Assembly: GCF_009914755.1 (NCBI RefSeq)
Contig: NC_060941.1
Strand: one strand, 5' to 3'
Length of the DNA: 64,000 nt
Origin: the human T2T-CHM13v2.0 reference genome, Homo sapiens
Shown piece by piece: positions 37,301 through 57,393 of the stretch. The notes below the pieces were generated by a model. It was given only the letters and a program-made list of their open reading frames with translations, was not told the origin of the DNA and ran no database searches. How positions within the stretch are numbered: the first letter of the stretch is position 1; each line of letters begins with the position of its first letter. Position numbers and translations under genes: made by a program.

Positions 37301-37910
37301 ATTTTCCATAGTGGTGTCATGTCAGCACTCAAAATCTTTCAGATTTTGGGCTGAGCAAGGTGACTCATGCCTATAATCCCGGCACCTTGGAAGGTTGAGG
37401 CAGGAGGATAGCTTGAGCCCAAGAGGTCAAGGATGCAGCAAGCAGTGTTTACACCACTGTACTCCAGCCTGGTAAAACAGTGAGACCCCACCTCTGGAAA
37501 AAAAAAATAAGAAAATTCCACACCTGACCTCTTGTGATAAGTCACAGTCAAGATGCAGTCAAGGCCAGGCGTAGTGGCTCACGCCTGTAATCCCAGCACT
37601 TTGGGAGGCTGAGGCAGGCAGATCACGAGGTCAGGAGATCGAGACCATCCTAGCTAACACGGTGAAACCCCATCTCTACTAAAAATACAAAAAATTAGCC
37701 GGGCATGGTGGCTAGCGCTTGTAGTCCCAGCTACTCAGGAGGCTGAGGCAGGAGAATGGCATGAACCCGGGAGGCGGAGCTTGCAGTGAGCAGAGATCGC
37801 GCCACTGCACTCCAGCCTGGGCTAAAGAGCGAGACTCCGTCTCAAAAAAAAAAAAAAAAGATGCAGTCAAAACTTTGTTTCATGCCCAAAAAATTATTTA
37901 AAATATTCTA
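37301..37910. mobile_element. Tigger4/MER46-like DNA transposon remnants split by Alus
   Basis: gtcatgtcagcactcaaaa..ttcagattttgg and aaattccacacctgacctc...gtcacagtcaa...aactttgtttcatgc match Tigger4-type motifs. Confidence 0.6.
37563..37857 (+). mobile_element. AluY, full length
   Basis: AluY diagnostics (gagatcgagaccatcc, gaatggcatgaacc, gagcttgcag); TSD aagatgcagtcaa on both sides. Confidence 0.92.
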
Positions 37911-38087
37911 TCAAACACTCAATCTACTAGAACTATGTCCAACCCAAATCCACAAAAAGTAAAACTTAATCATTTTAATTTTAGAAAACAAAGTATTAAA
38001 TGCCACATCTCACCTAATAAGGCACTATGTTCACTTCAATATACATAATAATGGAAAATAACAAAAAAACACATTATATGTTGTTCA

Positions 38088-38509
<422 letters not shown>

Positions 38510-38654
38510 TTAAAGTGAAGGGAAAAAGAAACAGCACCCTGGAACCATTTGGGAAATGCCATTATGTGTAAGACATCTGTCCAGATTTATATTTCCCTCC
38601 CCTTTCTTCTGCACATAAGTCTCCTAACTCCAGGTTTGTAAGAAAGAACCAGAT

Positions 38655-38858
38655 TAGTGGTTAAGAACGGATGGTCCCCTGAGCAGGAGTATCAGCATCA
38701 ACCCGGAACTTACAAGAATTGAAAATTCATAGGATTTTCCCTAGACCTGTAGAATCAAAGACTGGGGGTAGGTGGGCAGGAGAGAAAATGGTGGGGCAAT
38801 CTCTATTTTAACAAGACCTCTATGTGATACTGATGTACCCTAAAGTTTAAGAACCAAT
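38655..38858. mobile_element. MER5A-like DNA transposon fossil
   Basis: agtggtt...cagcatca...ttttaacaag...gtgatactgatg...aaagtttaagaacca. Confidence 0.6.
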
Positions 38859-38959
38859 AGGTCAGATGAAGTAGATTCAGGATCTCAGGAAAAAATAACA
38901 CATAACCAGAATATTATCACTTGAAGTGACACAGCAATAGACATTAGAAAATAATCCTA

Positions 38960-39336
<377 letters not shown>

Positions 39337-40371
39337 CTATTGTTTATAAAACAACTATTTCATAAAAGCAATAGAATATGTGTTTTAGGTATTTTACTAT
39401 TTTATATTTCAGTTGAATCCAAACTCTAGGTTTCTCATTCAAAAATATAAAAGGAGTCAAAACAATTTAGATCAAGGCTATAACAAATTACAACAATCTT
39501 GTGAAGGATTTTCAATATAACAGTTGTAGAGGAAATAACTATTCAAATGTTTAACATTCTTAGGTAATTCTCTGGTTTTATATTAACACAGGAAGTATCA
39601 TGATATATTTCTGTCATCTATAAACAATTACAAGGAAGTAATCAGCAGAAAAACATGGGAGCAACTAGATTCTTCTCTTCTTATTGTTTCAAAGGACAAT
39701 ATCACCTAAACATGCAAGCAGACACTGTGATAGCCATGACTTCTAGGGGTAGAATGTTCTTAAATATATTGGTTTTTAAAAAGCTAAGCAACTTGGTTTA
39801 TATACAATAATATACTGTTGGTTTGTATAAAATTATAATTGTTTTTCTATAACGTACATAGCTGAGGAAACAACTTTGAAGGCCCTTGTACCAATGTAGA
39901 ATTATATCATCTAATAGAGTTTGTGAATATTAAGCAGCTTGTGTGTGTGTGCACGCGCGTGCACGCTATTACTTTTGCCTTTTCTATCAGTTTCTAAATC
40001 TCAGTTTGACACATTTGAGGGATCTGTTTACTAACATAATACATTTATTTAAATGCTTAGTAAATAAACAGGACCCAAGAAACCACTTCAGGAGGCTCTA
40101 AAACCAGAGGTTGGGTGGAAAAGGGCCGAAAGGTTGAACAAAGAAACTAGGAAAGAGCCAGGCACAGTGGTGTGTGCCGGTAGTTCCAGCTACTTGGTAG
40201 GCTGAAGGGGAGTATCGCTTGATCCCAGGAGTTCAAGTCTGGCCTGGGCAAGATCGCGAGACCCCATGTCTGAAAAAATAAATACATTAAAAAAAATAGG
40301 AAAGAAATGGCCATGCACAGTGGCTCACAACTGTAATCCCAGCACTTTCGGAGGCTGAGGCAGGCAGATCA

Positions 40372-40638
<267 letters not shown>

Positions 40639-40729
40639 TCAACAGTGACCCCTATTGCTTAAATTAAATCTACTAAGTACTAAACAGGAAATTAAAAGCT
40701 CTGACCTATATTATTTAAGCTTTATAGAT

Positions 40730-41150
40730 TATATACAGAATTCCCAATTCTTAGCTAGCACCTGGCTGTGTGGAAAGAAGACTATTTCTCTTGCAGCTAG
40801 GCAGGATTCAGTAACTAAGTTTTGACCAGTAGGTTGTAAGAAAAAGTGCCATGTACACTTTCAGGAGAGTACTTAAAGAGAGAGGTTATGTCCTTTTTCT
40901 TTACCCCTTTCTCAATTCTGCTGCTTAGAATAGGATTAGGATGCCTGGAACTCCATCTTGTATCATGAAGCTGAAGGCCACCGTTTTAAAGACAAGCAGA
41001 AAACTAGAAAAGGTCTGCAGATGATTGCAGGGATACCATGCCAATAAAAACTGTCTACATCTGGACTTTATGAGAGAAAATAAACATAAATATTTAAGCC
41101 ACTTTTAATTTGGGTCTCTGACATATGCAGCTAAACTTAGTAATACATAG
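40730..41150 (+). mobile_element. Old MLT1-type MaLR LTR
   Basis: MLT1J/K-like motifs (ctcttgcagctagg, actaagttttgaccagtag, ccatcttg, tttaagccact...tgcagctaaac). Confidence 0.55.
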
Positions 41151-41210
41151 GCAGCTAAACCTACTAAAACATATGCAGCTAAACTTACTAAAACTTACTA
41201 AACTTACTAA

Positions 41211-41816
<606 letters not shown>

Positions 41817-43382
41817 TGAGCCACCGCACCCAGCCTATTTTTATCTTAAAAATGTTTCGTTTTTCAAGATGAAGAGTTCTGAAGATTGCTTGTACAACAC
41901 TGTGAATGTACTTAACACTACTGAACTGTGTAATGTACATTTAAAAACAGTTAAGATGGTAAATATTATGTTACATGTATTTTACCACAGAAATTTTAAA
42001 GGTACAAGTATTTTCACATTCTGGCATCTGTGAAATCAGGATTCATCTCACAATTAAAAACCAAAAGCATCTGTGTATAAAATAAAGTTGCAGTTTATAA
42101 TTCATGGCATCTTTTGTTTAATGATATATAGTGAAGTCTACCAACGGGGAAAACAAATAAGATAGTATCCCTGAGGACCATTTGCTTCTCCTCAAACAAG
42201 CTCTTGCTTTTTTGTTCATGCTATTTTCTTTAGAGTACCTGTGCAATGAAATCTGCCTACTCTGTCAATACAAAGAGATTAATGTTCATCGCACTTACTA
42301 CCCATTCCATGTCCTTCTCAATCTCGTTAACTGGATGTGACTGTTCCTTCTCCTATGAAACCTCAAAGCATCCCAAAGCTCAGAATACCAGTCCTACGTT
42401 GGTGTTACCAGACTATAAGCTCTGAGAGGAAAGGGACCATGTCTGTTTTGTCACCACAGTATAGTCAGCAACCCACAGCTAAACTAGTGCCTAGGAATCA
42501 CTGAATCAATGAATGTTATTTATACGTTAGGAATCTGGAAGTACTCTAATCCCTCCCCTCTTTTTGACTGTAAATTCCCAGCAGCCTTTTGTGGCTTTTT
42601 CACTACGTATCTCTATAGCAGACTGTCTTGCAAAAAATGCAATAAAAATATTTAATAAATTGAATGTCACCCATTTAGCAAATAAGATATGAATGATATC
42701 AGCACAGCAATAGACAGACTGAATTATACTACAACAAATAAAATAACAATTAAAATAGTTGAAAAAACAAAAGTTTGGAAATCCAGGTTACAGCCCACTT
42801 ATTTCAAGGGATGTTCACCACATAAAATTTCTTGGTTTTTTTGTTTGTTTGTTTGTTTTTGAGACAGAGTTTTGCTCTTGTTGTCCAGGCTAGAGTGCAA
42901 TGGCACAATCTCAGCTCACTAGAACCTCTGCCTCCCTGGTTCAAGTGATTCTCCTGCCTCAGCCTCCCAAGTAGCTGGGATTATAGGCATGCGCCACCAT
43001 GCCCAGCTAATTTTTTATTTTTAGTAGAGGCGGCATTTCACCATGTTGGTCAGGCTGGTCTCTTAACTCCTGACCTCAAGTGATCCACCTGCCTCAGCCT
43101 CCCAAAGTGCTGGGATTACAGGTGTGAGCCACCACGCCCGGCCTAAAATTTCTTGATTAAAAACACTATGGCCACGCCTGTAATCCCAGCACTTTGGGAG
43201 GCTGAGGTGGGTGGACTGTTTGAGCCCCTAAGGTTGAGAACAGCCTCCCAAAGTGCTGGGATTGCAGGCATGAGCCACGACACCTGGCCTTCTTCATATA
43301 TTTTAAATAGCCCTTTATATAAATGATTTGATTATTTGATTTGCAAATACTTTCTCCCATGTCACCCAGACTGTGTTTTCTA

Positions 43383-43811
<429 letters not shown>

Positions 43812-43864
43812 TCATAAAAATTTTCTCCTATGTTTTAAAAGTTTTGGGCAGGAGGGGTGGCTCA

Positions 43865-44164
<300 letters not shown>

Positions 44165-44217
44165 TTATACACTTAAGTCTAAGATCCATTTTGAGTTAAT
44201 TATCATATGTGGTATGA

Positions 44218-44475
<258 letters not shown>

Positions 44476-44654
44476 TAGGATAGTCTTGAACTCCTGGACT
44501 CAAGCAATCTGTCTGCCTTGGCCTCCCAGGCGGCTAGGATTATAGGCATGAGCCCCTGCGCTCGGCCTACATTTGTGTTTGTTTTGAGACAGGGTATCAC
44601 TCTGTCACCCAGGGTGGAGTGCAGTGGTGCAATCACCTCTCACTGCAGCCTTGA

Positions 44655-44885
<231 letters not shown>

Positions 44886-45850
44886 TAGTCTTTAAAGCAA
44901 ATGGGGCTGGGTCCAATGGCTCATGCCTGTAATCCCAGCACTTTGGGAGGCCAAGGCGGGTGGATCACCGAGGTTGGGAGTTCGAGACCAGCCTGACCAA
45001 CATGGAGAAACCTCGTCTCTACTAAAAATACAAAATTAGCCGGGCGTGGTGCTGCATGTCTGTAATCCCAGCTACTTGGGAGGCTGAGGCAGGAGAATCA
45101 CTTGAACCCGGGAGGAGGAGGTTGAAGTGAGCCAAGTTCGTGCCACACTGCACTCCAGCCTAGGCAACAAGAGCAAAACTCTGTCTCAAAAAAAAAAAAA
45201 AAAAAGACTTTTTTTGCCCAGTTGAATTGCTTTAGTACCTTAATCAAATATCACTTGACCATAAATGTTGGCATTATTTCTAGACTCTCAATACTGTTCC
45301 ATTAATCTATACATATATCTTTATGTCAACAATTCACTGTCACTGTTAGGCATGCCTCTCATTCTGTATGTTTTCTCTGTCTCATATCTTTTGTTCTTCT
45401 GTTCCTTTTATATTGCCTTCTGGTATCTTAAACAGTTTTATAATTATCATCTTACGCGAAACCCCCTTTATTTCTTGAGACAGTGTCTTACTATGTCACC
45501 CAGGCTAGAGTGCGGTGGCACAAACATAGCTCACTGCAACCTCCAACTTCTGGGGCTCAAGCGAAGCTGCCTCAGCCTCCCAACGTGTTGCGACTACAGG
45601 TGAGTCACCATGCCCAGCTGGCAAATGCCTTTAATTCAGTCAAGATAATAAAAGAAACATTTACTTATTGTCGTTCATATTTACCTCTGAAATTAACTTC
45701 TGCTCTTCTTTTTCTTCAAGTTACCATCTGGTACCATAGCGTTTCATTTCAGCTTGAAGTACTTCCTTTAGTAAGGCAAGCCTGCTAACAAATTCTCTCA
45801 GTATTTGCTTATCTGGAAACGTTTTTATTTTGCCTCAACTTTTGAACAAA

Positions 45851-46312
<462 letters not shown>

Positions 46313-46484
46313 GGCCAGGAGCAGTGGCGCATGCCTGTAATCCTAGCGCTTTGGGAGGCTGAGGTGGGTGGATCACTTGAAGTTAGGAGTTTGAGACCAG
46401 CCTGGCCAACATGGCGAAACCCTGTCTCTTCTAAAAATACAAAGATTATCCGGGCGTGGTGGCGTACGCCTGTAATCCCACCTA

Positions 46485-48330
<1,846 letters not shown>

Positions 48331-49521
48331 TAAAAACAAATTTCACACTGTTGTCAATTTTAAATTTTCAATATTTGATGTGGTTCTGTGACAGATTTTA
48401 CTGAGTCAATTTGGTTACGGTAGTAACAGTGTTTCCCAGAAATCTTTTCTCTACATGGTTTGGGTTAGGAGCGGGACAAAAATGGAACAAGATTTTGGAA
48501 AGCAGAGTGAGGCATGATGAATACACTTTGATGACTTTCATGATCTTTTCACACTCAGAGACAGATTCAGAAATGTCTGTCAGAATCCACTTTGTCCTCT
48601 GCTCTATGTCTGGCTTTCTTCCCGAACGCTGGCCTTGCTGACCAACAGTGGCCTCAAACCACTGTTGGCTAAGCATCAGAGACAGTAGCTATTCAGATAA
48701 CAGCTTCCCATATACCACCCCAGGAACTCCTTGTTCAGAGGCCAATTCACATCCCCAAAACAATGCCTAGAAATCTCCTTAGATATACCAGTTGTTACCA
48801 ATGGTCATATTTTTGCCAGTTAGTCTACATGTATTAATACATGACATGGGTCATATTTTTCCCAGATTCTAGTAGCAATTTCCCCCATTGTTCCAGCCTC
48901 CACCAACAGGCTTCTTGACACCCGTTCAGCCTTTGCCTGCTACCTGATCCTAAAGTCAGTGCCACATTCTAGGTTTTTATTATTGCATTGCATTTCTGAG
49001 TATAAATTTCTGTATTAAGCAAGGTTCAGTCAGGACAGCAAAGTCACCTGAGTGTTAGGGAACAGGAGTTACAAGAATTAGACCATAATGAAACCATGGG
49101 AAGATCTAGAGAGGTGAAGGTCTAGAAGAAGGAGTTGGAGGATCAGAGAAGAGCCATCAATCAGAGAAGCCAAGCAGATTGAGCTGCCAAGTTGATGCTG
49201 TGAATGGAGTTTGTGAAGTCTATGGGAGGCCATTTCGCTGTTAGCTGAATAGTTTGATAAACTAACTATGATAAAGTAACATGAGAGATATGCAGAAGAA
49301 AGAACTGCACAGTTTGCAAAGAACTGAGAATATTGAGAGCCTAGAATTTGCTGGATTGGAAAATAAAACTTCCTCATCTTCTGTCTCTGGAGCCCAGAAG
49401 CTTCTCAAAACAAGAAGAAATGTTTTTGGTCAGGCAGGGTGGCTTATGCCTGTAATCCCAGCACTTTGGGAGGCTGAGGCAGGTAGATCATTAAGTCAGG
49501 AGATCGAGACCATCCTGGCTA

Positions 49522-49842
<321 letters not shown>

Positions 49843-51423
49843 CTAATATTTAAAAAGAGTAAAGTTTTAAAAATGCTTTTGGATTTTGGAGCACTAAAAA
49901 AAAAAAAAAAATGCCCTGGCCAGGCATGGTGGCTGATACCTGTAATCCCAGCACTTTGGGAGGCCAAGGCGGGCAGATCACGAGGTCAGGAGATCGAGAC
50001 CATCCTGGCTAACACGGTGAAACCTCGTCTCTACTAAAAATACACACACAAAAAATTAGCCAGGAATGGTGGCGGGCGCCTGCAGTCCCAGCTACTCAGG
50101 AGGCTGAGGCAGGAGAATGGCGTGAACCCGGGAGGCAGAGCTTGCAGTGAGCCAAGACTGCCCCACTGCATTGCAGCCTGGGCAACAGAGCGAGACTCCG
50201 TCTCAAAAAAAAAAGAAAAATGCTTTCTTGGCCAGGCACAGTGGCTCATACCTGTAATCCCAGCACTTTAGAAGGCTGAGGTACGAGGACTGCCTAAGCC
50301 CAGGAGTTCGAGACCAGCCTGGGTAAGATGGCAAGACCCCATCTCCTGCCTCAGCCTCCCGGGTAGCTGGGATTACAGGCATGTGCCACCACACCCAGCT
50401 AATTTTCTATTTTTAGTAGAGAGAGGTTTTCTCCATGTTGGTCAGGCTGGTCTCGAACTCCCGACCTCAGGTGATCCACCTGCCTCGGCCTCCCAAAGTG
50501 CTGGGATTACAGGCGTGAGCCACCACACCCGGCTTTTTTTTTTTTTCTGAGACAGAGTCTCGCTCTGTCAACCAGGCTGGAGTGCAGTAGTGCGACCTCG
50601 GCTCACTGCAACCTTCATCTCGGGTTCAAGTGATTCTCCTGCCTCAGCCTCCCAAACAGCTGGGATTACAGGCATGCGCCACCACACCCAGCTAGTTTTT
50701 TTGTATTTTTAGTAGAAATGGAGTTATCACCTTGTTGGCCAGACTGGTCATGCTCCTGACCTCAAGTGATCTGCCTGCCTCGGCCTCCCAAAGTGCTGGG
50801 ATTACAGGTGTGAGCCACTGCGCCTGGCCTAGTAAACTTTTCTTAATGAAACACTTATTACAACCAACCATTATTAAATGTCCTTTACATCCCTTTCCTA
50901 CATTTTATTTATTTATTCATTTATTTATTTGAGACAGTTTCACTCTTGTCGCCCAGGCTGGAGTGCAATGGCACGCGATCTCAGCTCATCACAACCTCCG
51001 CCTCCTGGGTTCAAGTGATTCTCCTGCCTCACCCTCCCGAGCTACTAGGGAGGCTGGGATTACAGGCATGTGCCACCACACCCAGCTAATTTTTTTTGTA
51101 TTTTTAGTAGAGACAGGGTTTCTCCATGTTGGTCAGGCTGGTCTTGAACTCCCAACCTCAGGTGATCCACCAGCCTGGGCCTCCCAAAGTGCTGGGATTA
51201 TGGGTGTGAGCCACCGCGCTTGGCCAAATTTTTATTTTTAAATTTGTTTTAGAGACAGGGTCTCCCTATGTTGCCCAGGCTGGTCTCAAAACTCCTAGTC
51301 TCAAGTGATCCTCCCGCTTCAGCCTCCCAAAGTGCTAAGATTACAGGTGTGAGCCACCACACCTAGCCTCTTTTTGCATTCTTTACAAATATCTGAGTGT
51401 TTATAAATTAAGCCACATGTCTA

Positions 51424-51573
<150 letters not shown>

Positions 51574-51599
51574 CTAGCTGGGCATGGTGACACATGTCA

Positions 51600-51928
<329 letters not shown>

Positions 51929-52099
51929 TAGCTGAGATTACAGGTATGTGCCACCACGCTCGACTAGTTTTTGTATTTTTAGTACAGACGGGGTTTCACC
52001 ATGTTGGCCAGGCTGGTCTCGAACTCCTGGCCTCAAGTGATCCGCCCACCTCAGTCTCCCAAAGTGCTGGGATTACAAGATGTGAGCCACTGCGCCTGG

Positions 52100-52875
52100 G
52101 TCCCAATGAATCATATCTTTGTGGCAATGCCCCTTTGCAATGCAATTTTGTTGCTTCTCCCTTCAAAAGATGGGGTTTATTTTCCCACCCCTTGAATCTA
52201 GGTTGACATAGTGACTTGATTTGACCAAAAGAATGTGGTGGGGCTGGGTGCAGTGGCTCACGCCTGTAATCCCAACAATCTGGGAGGCCAAGGAGAGTGG
52301 ATTGCTTGAGGCCAGGATTTTGAGACCTGGGCAACATGGCAATACCTTCTCTCAAAAACAACAACAAAAATTATCTGGGCGTGGTGGTGCACACCTGCAG
52401 TCTCATCTACTCAGGAGGCTGAGGCGGGAGGATTGCTTGAGCCAGGGAAGGCAGAGGTTACAGTGAGCCAAGGTCGTGCCACTGCACTCCAGCCTGGGAG
52501 ACAGAACAAGACCCTGTCTCAAAAAAGAAAAAGAAAAAAAGAATGTGGCAGGAATAACACTGTGATTTCCCAGGCTAGGACTTAAGAGACAATAAAGCTT
52601 TACCCTCTTGACAGACTCCTGCAGCCATCTAAGGAAGTCCACACTAAACTCCTGAATGATGAGAGATCATGTGGAGAACAAGAACTGGCTGACAGCAACA
52701 CCAAAAGGTCTCAGAGTATAAGTGAGGCCATCTTAGACACGTAAGCCCCACTCAAGTCACCAAATGACTGCAGTCTTATGAGCGACCTATTGGGGAGATG
52801 GCAGGACCGTCAGGCTGCATAATGAATTGTTTTAAGCCACAAAGTTACAGGGTGGTTGTTAAATAGCAAATACTA
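52100..52875 (+). mobile_element. MLT1F/G/H-like MaLR LTR interrupted by an Alu
   Basis: ccccttgaatctagg...gtgacttgatttgaccaa...gtgaggccatcttagac...ttgttttaagccac...gggtggttgttaaatagcaa. Confidence 0.65.
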
Positions 52876-54796
52876 CAAAAACAGGTTCTCTATTGAAGAA
52901 GTTTATGACTCACGATCTAAATTTCATAGATTAAGAAATTTAAAAAAAGAAATTTCATAGATTAAGCAAAATTTCTAACATACAAAGGTAGCCCAATACA
53001 GGTCAAATCTTTTGGTGGTAGGAAAATGTTAATGAGAGATTAAGAATCAATTTTCATTAAAAAAAATCCAGAGTTGAAGCTGCAGAAGATTTTTTAAATG
53101 TGTATTTTTCCTATAAGTAATTTTTACTGATTATGCCATTCCTTCATTCAACCAACACCAGATGTTTTTTCCAGTTGGCCAGTTTTCTTGCCCGAATCTA
53201 AAAGGAAAAACATTTTTGTTTGGCCAGATAAACCTAAAACAAAGTAAGTTTATAATTCCTCCGCCCAACATCTTGTCCCTAGCAGAAATAAAATTGCTTT
53301 TTAGAAGCTAACTACTGCCAGTGCATTGCCGTCTCATGACTAAACTTCTCCTAAGAAAGAAATCACTAGATAAAAACATTACGGAAGGAATACATTTAGC
53401 TAACAGACACATTACTTAATAGGTCAAACTTTCTGCTTTGGACACCTTCTAACATCTGACTCAATATTCTGAGCTTTCTTTTATGCTGACTTCTGTTTCA
53501 TTTACTTAACCCAAACCTATGTCCACTACCAATTCACTGCTCTCAGTCCAAAAATAGAGCATCTACACACTTTTATTTTTTTCTTTTCAGTATTTTTAAT
53601 TTATTTGACATTAACCATCCTCAGCAACAGTCTAGGACCTGGAGGATTCCATGAACTCTGAAGAACTGAATATGACTGAATCTCATGTTGAACTGGTGCT
53701 GCTTAATCCTGGAAATGTTCCATGCCCTACTGAAAACTTCTTTTGAAGTTATGAAGTGAAAGGAAAGAAACTAAAATTCAAAGTGACAATATTATTTCAT
53801 GTCCACCTCTCCTCCTCCTTCCTCCATTTCCCTTAGTTTCACTTCATCTGTAACACAGGAAAGAACTAAGAGGTGGATACTAAAAGACAACAACGGAATT
53901 TAAAAAAATTTTTTTTTTTTTAGAGATGGGGTCTCGCTATGTCTGAAGTAGACTGGCTATTCACAGGAGCGATCATAGTACACCCTCAAGCAATCCTCCA
54001 GCCTCAGTCTCTAAGGTAGCTGAAATTACAGTACATGCCACTGCTTCTGGCTGTATTCAGTGTAATTTTCTCACAATCTTTGTTTAAATTAAGCGTCCGT
54101 GTGAATATTTAGTATTTAGATACTACTCAGTGTCAGGACAAGCAGACAATAGGACTATGGACTCTTTCTCACCCTACATATAGGCTATCATATTTTTTTC
54201 TACTTTCTAGACTCTTTTCCCTCAACTGCTCCAAAATCTGTCACATCTGAATATTTTCCATATGCTCAAATGCATCAGATACTGTTTTTCTCTGGTGCTA
54301 AACATTCCCAGAACACTTTCTTTTCCTACACTCTAAGAAATTCCCTAGACTGGCTACACAACTGTCATCTTGGGCTCTCCAGTAGCTCTTCTCTTTTATT
54401 GCATTGTTTCCAGTACCCCATATTGTCTCACTTGCTTTTTAAGGGAACATCTCACAGTAATTTATGAAAAAACAGCTCATGGGAACTCAGGTTTTTAAGT
54501 CTCTTGCATGTCTAAAATATGTATTTACCTTAGACTCACATCTGATTGATAATTTGGCTTGCAATAAAATTATAAGATGAAAATCCTTTCCACTGAAGAT
54601 ATCTGAAGACACTGCTTGATGCATTTCTGACCTCGTAAGTTTCTGCTGTGATATATAATGCCATTCTAATTTGGGGTCCTTTGAATGTAACCTCTAGTTA
54701 CTTTTGGAAGCTTTTAGTATATTCTCTTTATCCTCAGTTTACCAAAATTTCATCATCAAGCCTCTTGGTCTGAGGTTATTATTCTATCAGTCCTTT

Positions 54797-55092
54797 TTTT
54801 TTTTTTTTTCCTGAGATGGAGCCTCGCTCTGTCAGCCAGGCTGGAGTGCAGTGGCACAATCTCGACTCACTGCAAGCTCTGCCCCTGGGTTCACGCTATT
54901 CTGCTGCCTCAGCCTCCCAAGTAGCTGGGACTACAGGCACCCACCACCACGCCCAGCTAATTTTTTGTATTTTTTAGTAGAGACGGGGTTTCGGCGTGTT
55001 AGCCAGGATGGTCTCGATCTCCTGACCTCAAGATCTGCCTGCCTCAGCCTCCAAAAGTGCTGGGATTGTAGGCATAAGCCACCGCGCCCAGC
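54797..55092 (-). mobile_element. AluY-type, full length
   Basis: TSD ctatcagtccttt on both sides; AluY diagnostics. Confidence 0.88.
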
Positions 55093-55252
55093 CTATCAGT
55101 CCTTTCAATCTAGAAGTTTATATTTTTCAATCTGGTAAATATTTTGGAAGTTTTTCTGGTTTCTCTGTCCTCTCATTGTAGAATTCCTATTAGTCAAACA
55201 TTGGACCTCCTGGTTTATCTTTTTCTTTTCTTTTTTTTTTTTTTGGAGATAG

Positions 55253-55525
<273 letters not shown>

Positions 55526-55690
55526 TGAATCTTTAATTTGTTAAATAATTTTTCTCCTATATCCAAATTGCTTTGACTTTACTTCCAAATTTTTACTAAT
55601 TCTTTTTGGGGGACAGAGGATTATCATATTTTAAAATTTTCAATAAGTTTCTATTTATTGAAAGATTATTTATATATATATATATTTTGA

Positions 55691-55870
<180 letters not shown>

Positions 55871-56437
55871 TAGAGAAGGGGTTTCACTATGTTGGCCAGG
55901 CTGATCTCAAACTCCTGGCCTCCAGTGATCCGCTGGACTCAGCCTCTCAAAGTGCTGGGATTACAGGTGTGAGTCACCACACCCCGCCTGTGAAAGATTT
56001 TTAAGAATAGTATCCTAGGCCAAACACAGTGGCTTACTCCTATAATCTCAACACTTTGGGAGGCCAAGGTAGGAGAATCACTTGAGGCCAGGAGTTCAAG
56101 ACCAGCCTGGGCAACACAGCGAGAACTTATCTCTACAAAACAATAAAATAAAATTACACAGGCACAGTGGTGCACTCCTGTAGTCCTAGCTACTCAGGAG
56201 GCTAAGGCAGGAGGATCACTTGAGCCCAGGAGCTCAAGGCTGCAGTGAACTATGATCACACCACTGCACTCCAGCCTGGGCAACAAAGCAAGACCTTGTC
56301 TCTAAAAAAACTTAAAAATTTTTAAGAATGAAAAAGAAAGACATTTCACCACTACCTGATTTTAATCTCAAGCCTCATCTGTTTCTTAAGAGACCTTTTC
56401 CTACCAAGTCCTAAGTCTCTTTCCTACCAAGTCCTGA

Positions 56438-56771
<334 letters not shown>

Positions 56772-57157
56772 TAGCCAGGATGGTCTCGATCTCCTCACCT
56801 CGTGATCTGCCCACTTCGGCCTCCCAAAGTGCTCGGATTACAGGCATGAGCCACCCCGCCCGAACCCATTTTTTTAATCTTCTAAAAAATAACTGAAGTT
56901 TCTCATGTATTGTGGTTTCTTCTTTCACTCACTTTTGTCCCTGTGATCTCATGTTTCTTTTGTTCCCTTATTATCATTTTAATGCTATTTGAAGAAAGGA
57001 AATAGGTATATTGGATCAAACCTCCATGTTTAACCAAAAGTACTATGCAATAGTTTTAGAAGTACTGGATAAAAATCATAAAGTACAGTATATTTACCAA
57101 CCTTGTGGAGATTACAAAGCTCATTAGAATAAATAATGCCTCAAACAACAGAATTAG

Positions 57158-57393
<236 letters not shown>

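Noticed and set aside
48398-49377. Non-Alu ORFs of 76-99 aa
   Set aside because: No recognisable domain or splice structure; the region looks like degraded old LTR/MaLR sequence.
53125-53250. Two minus-strand acceptor-like motifs (tttttccttttAG at 53198-53199 and ctttgttttAG slightly upstream) in unique DNA
   Set aside because: No convincing donor follows and no FBXL20-like peptide is encoded; not supportable without RNA data.
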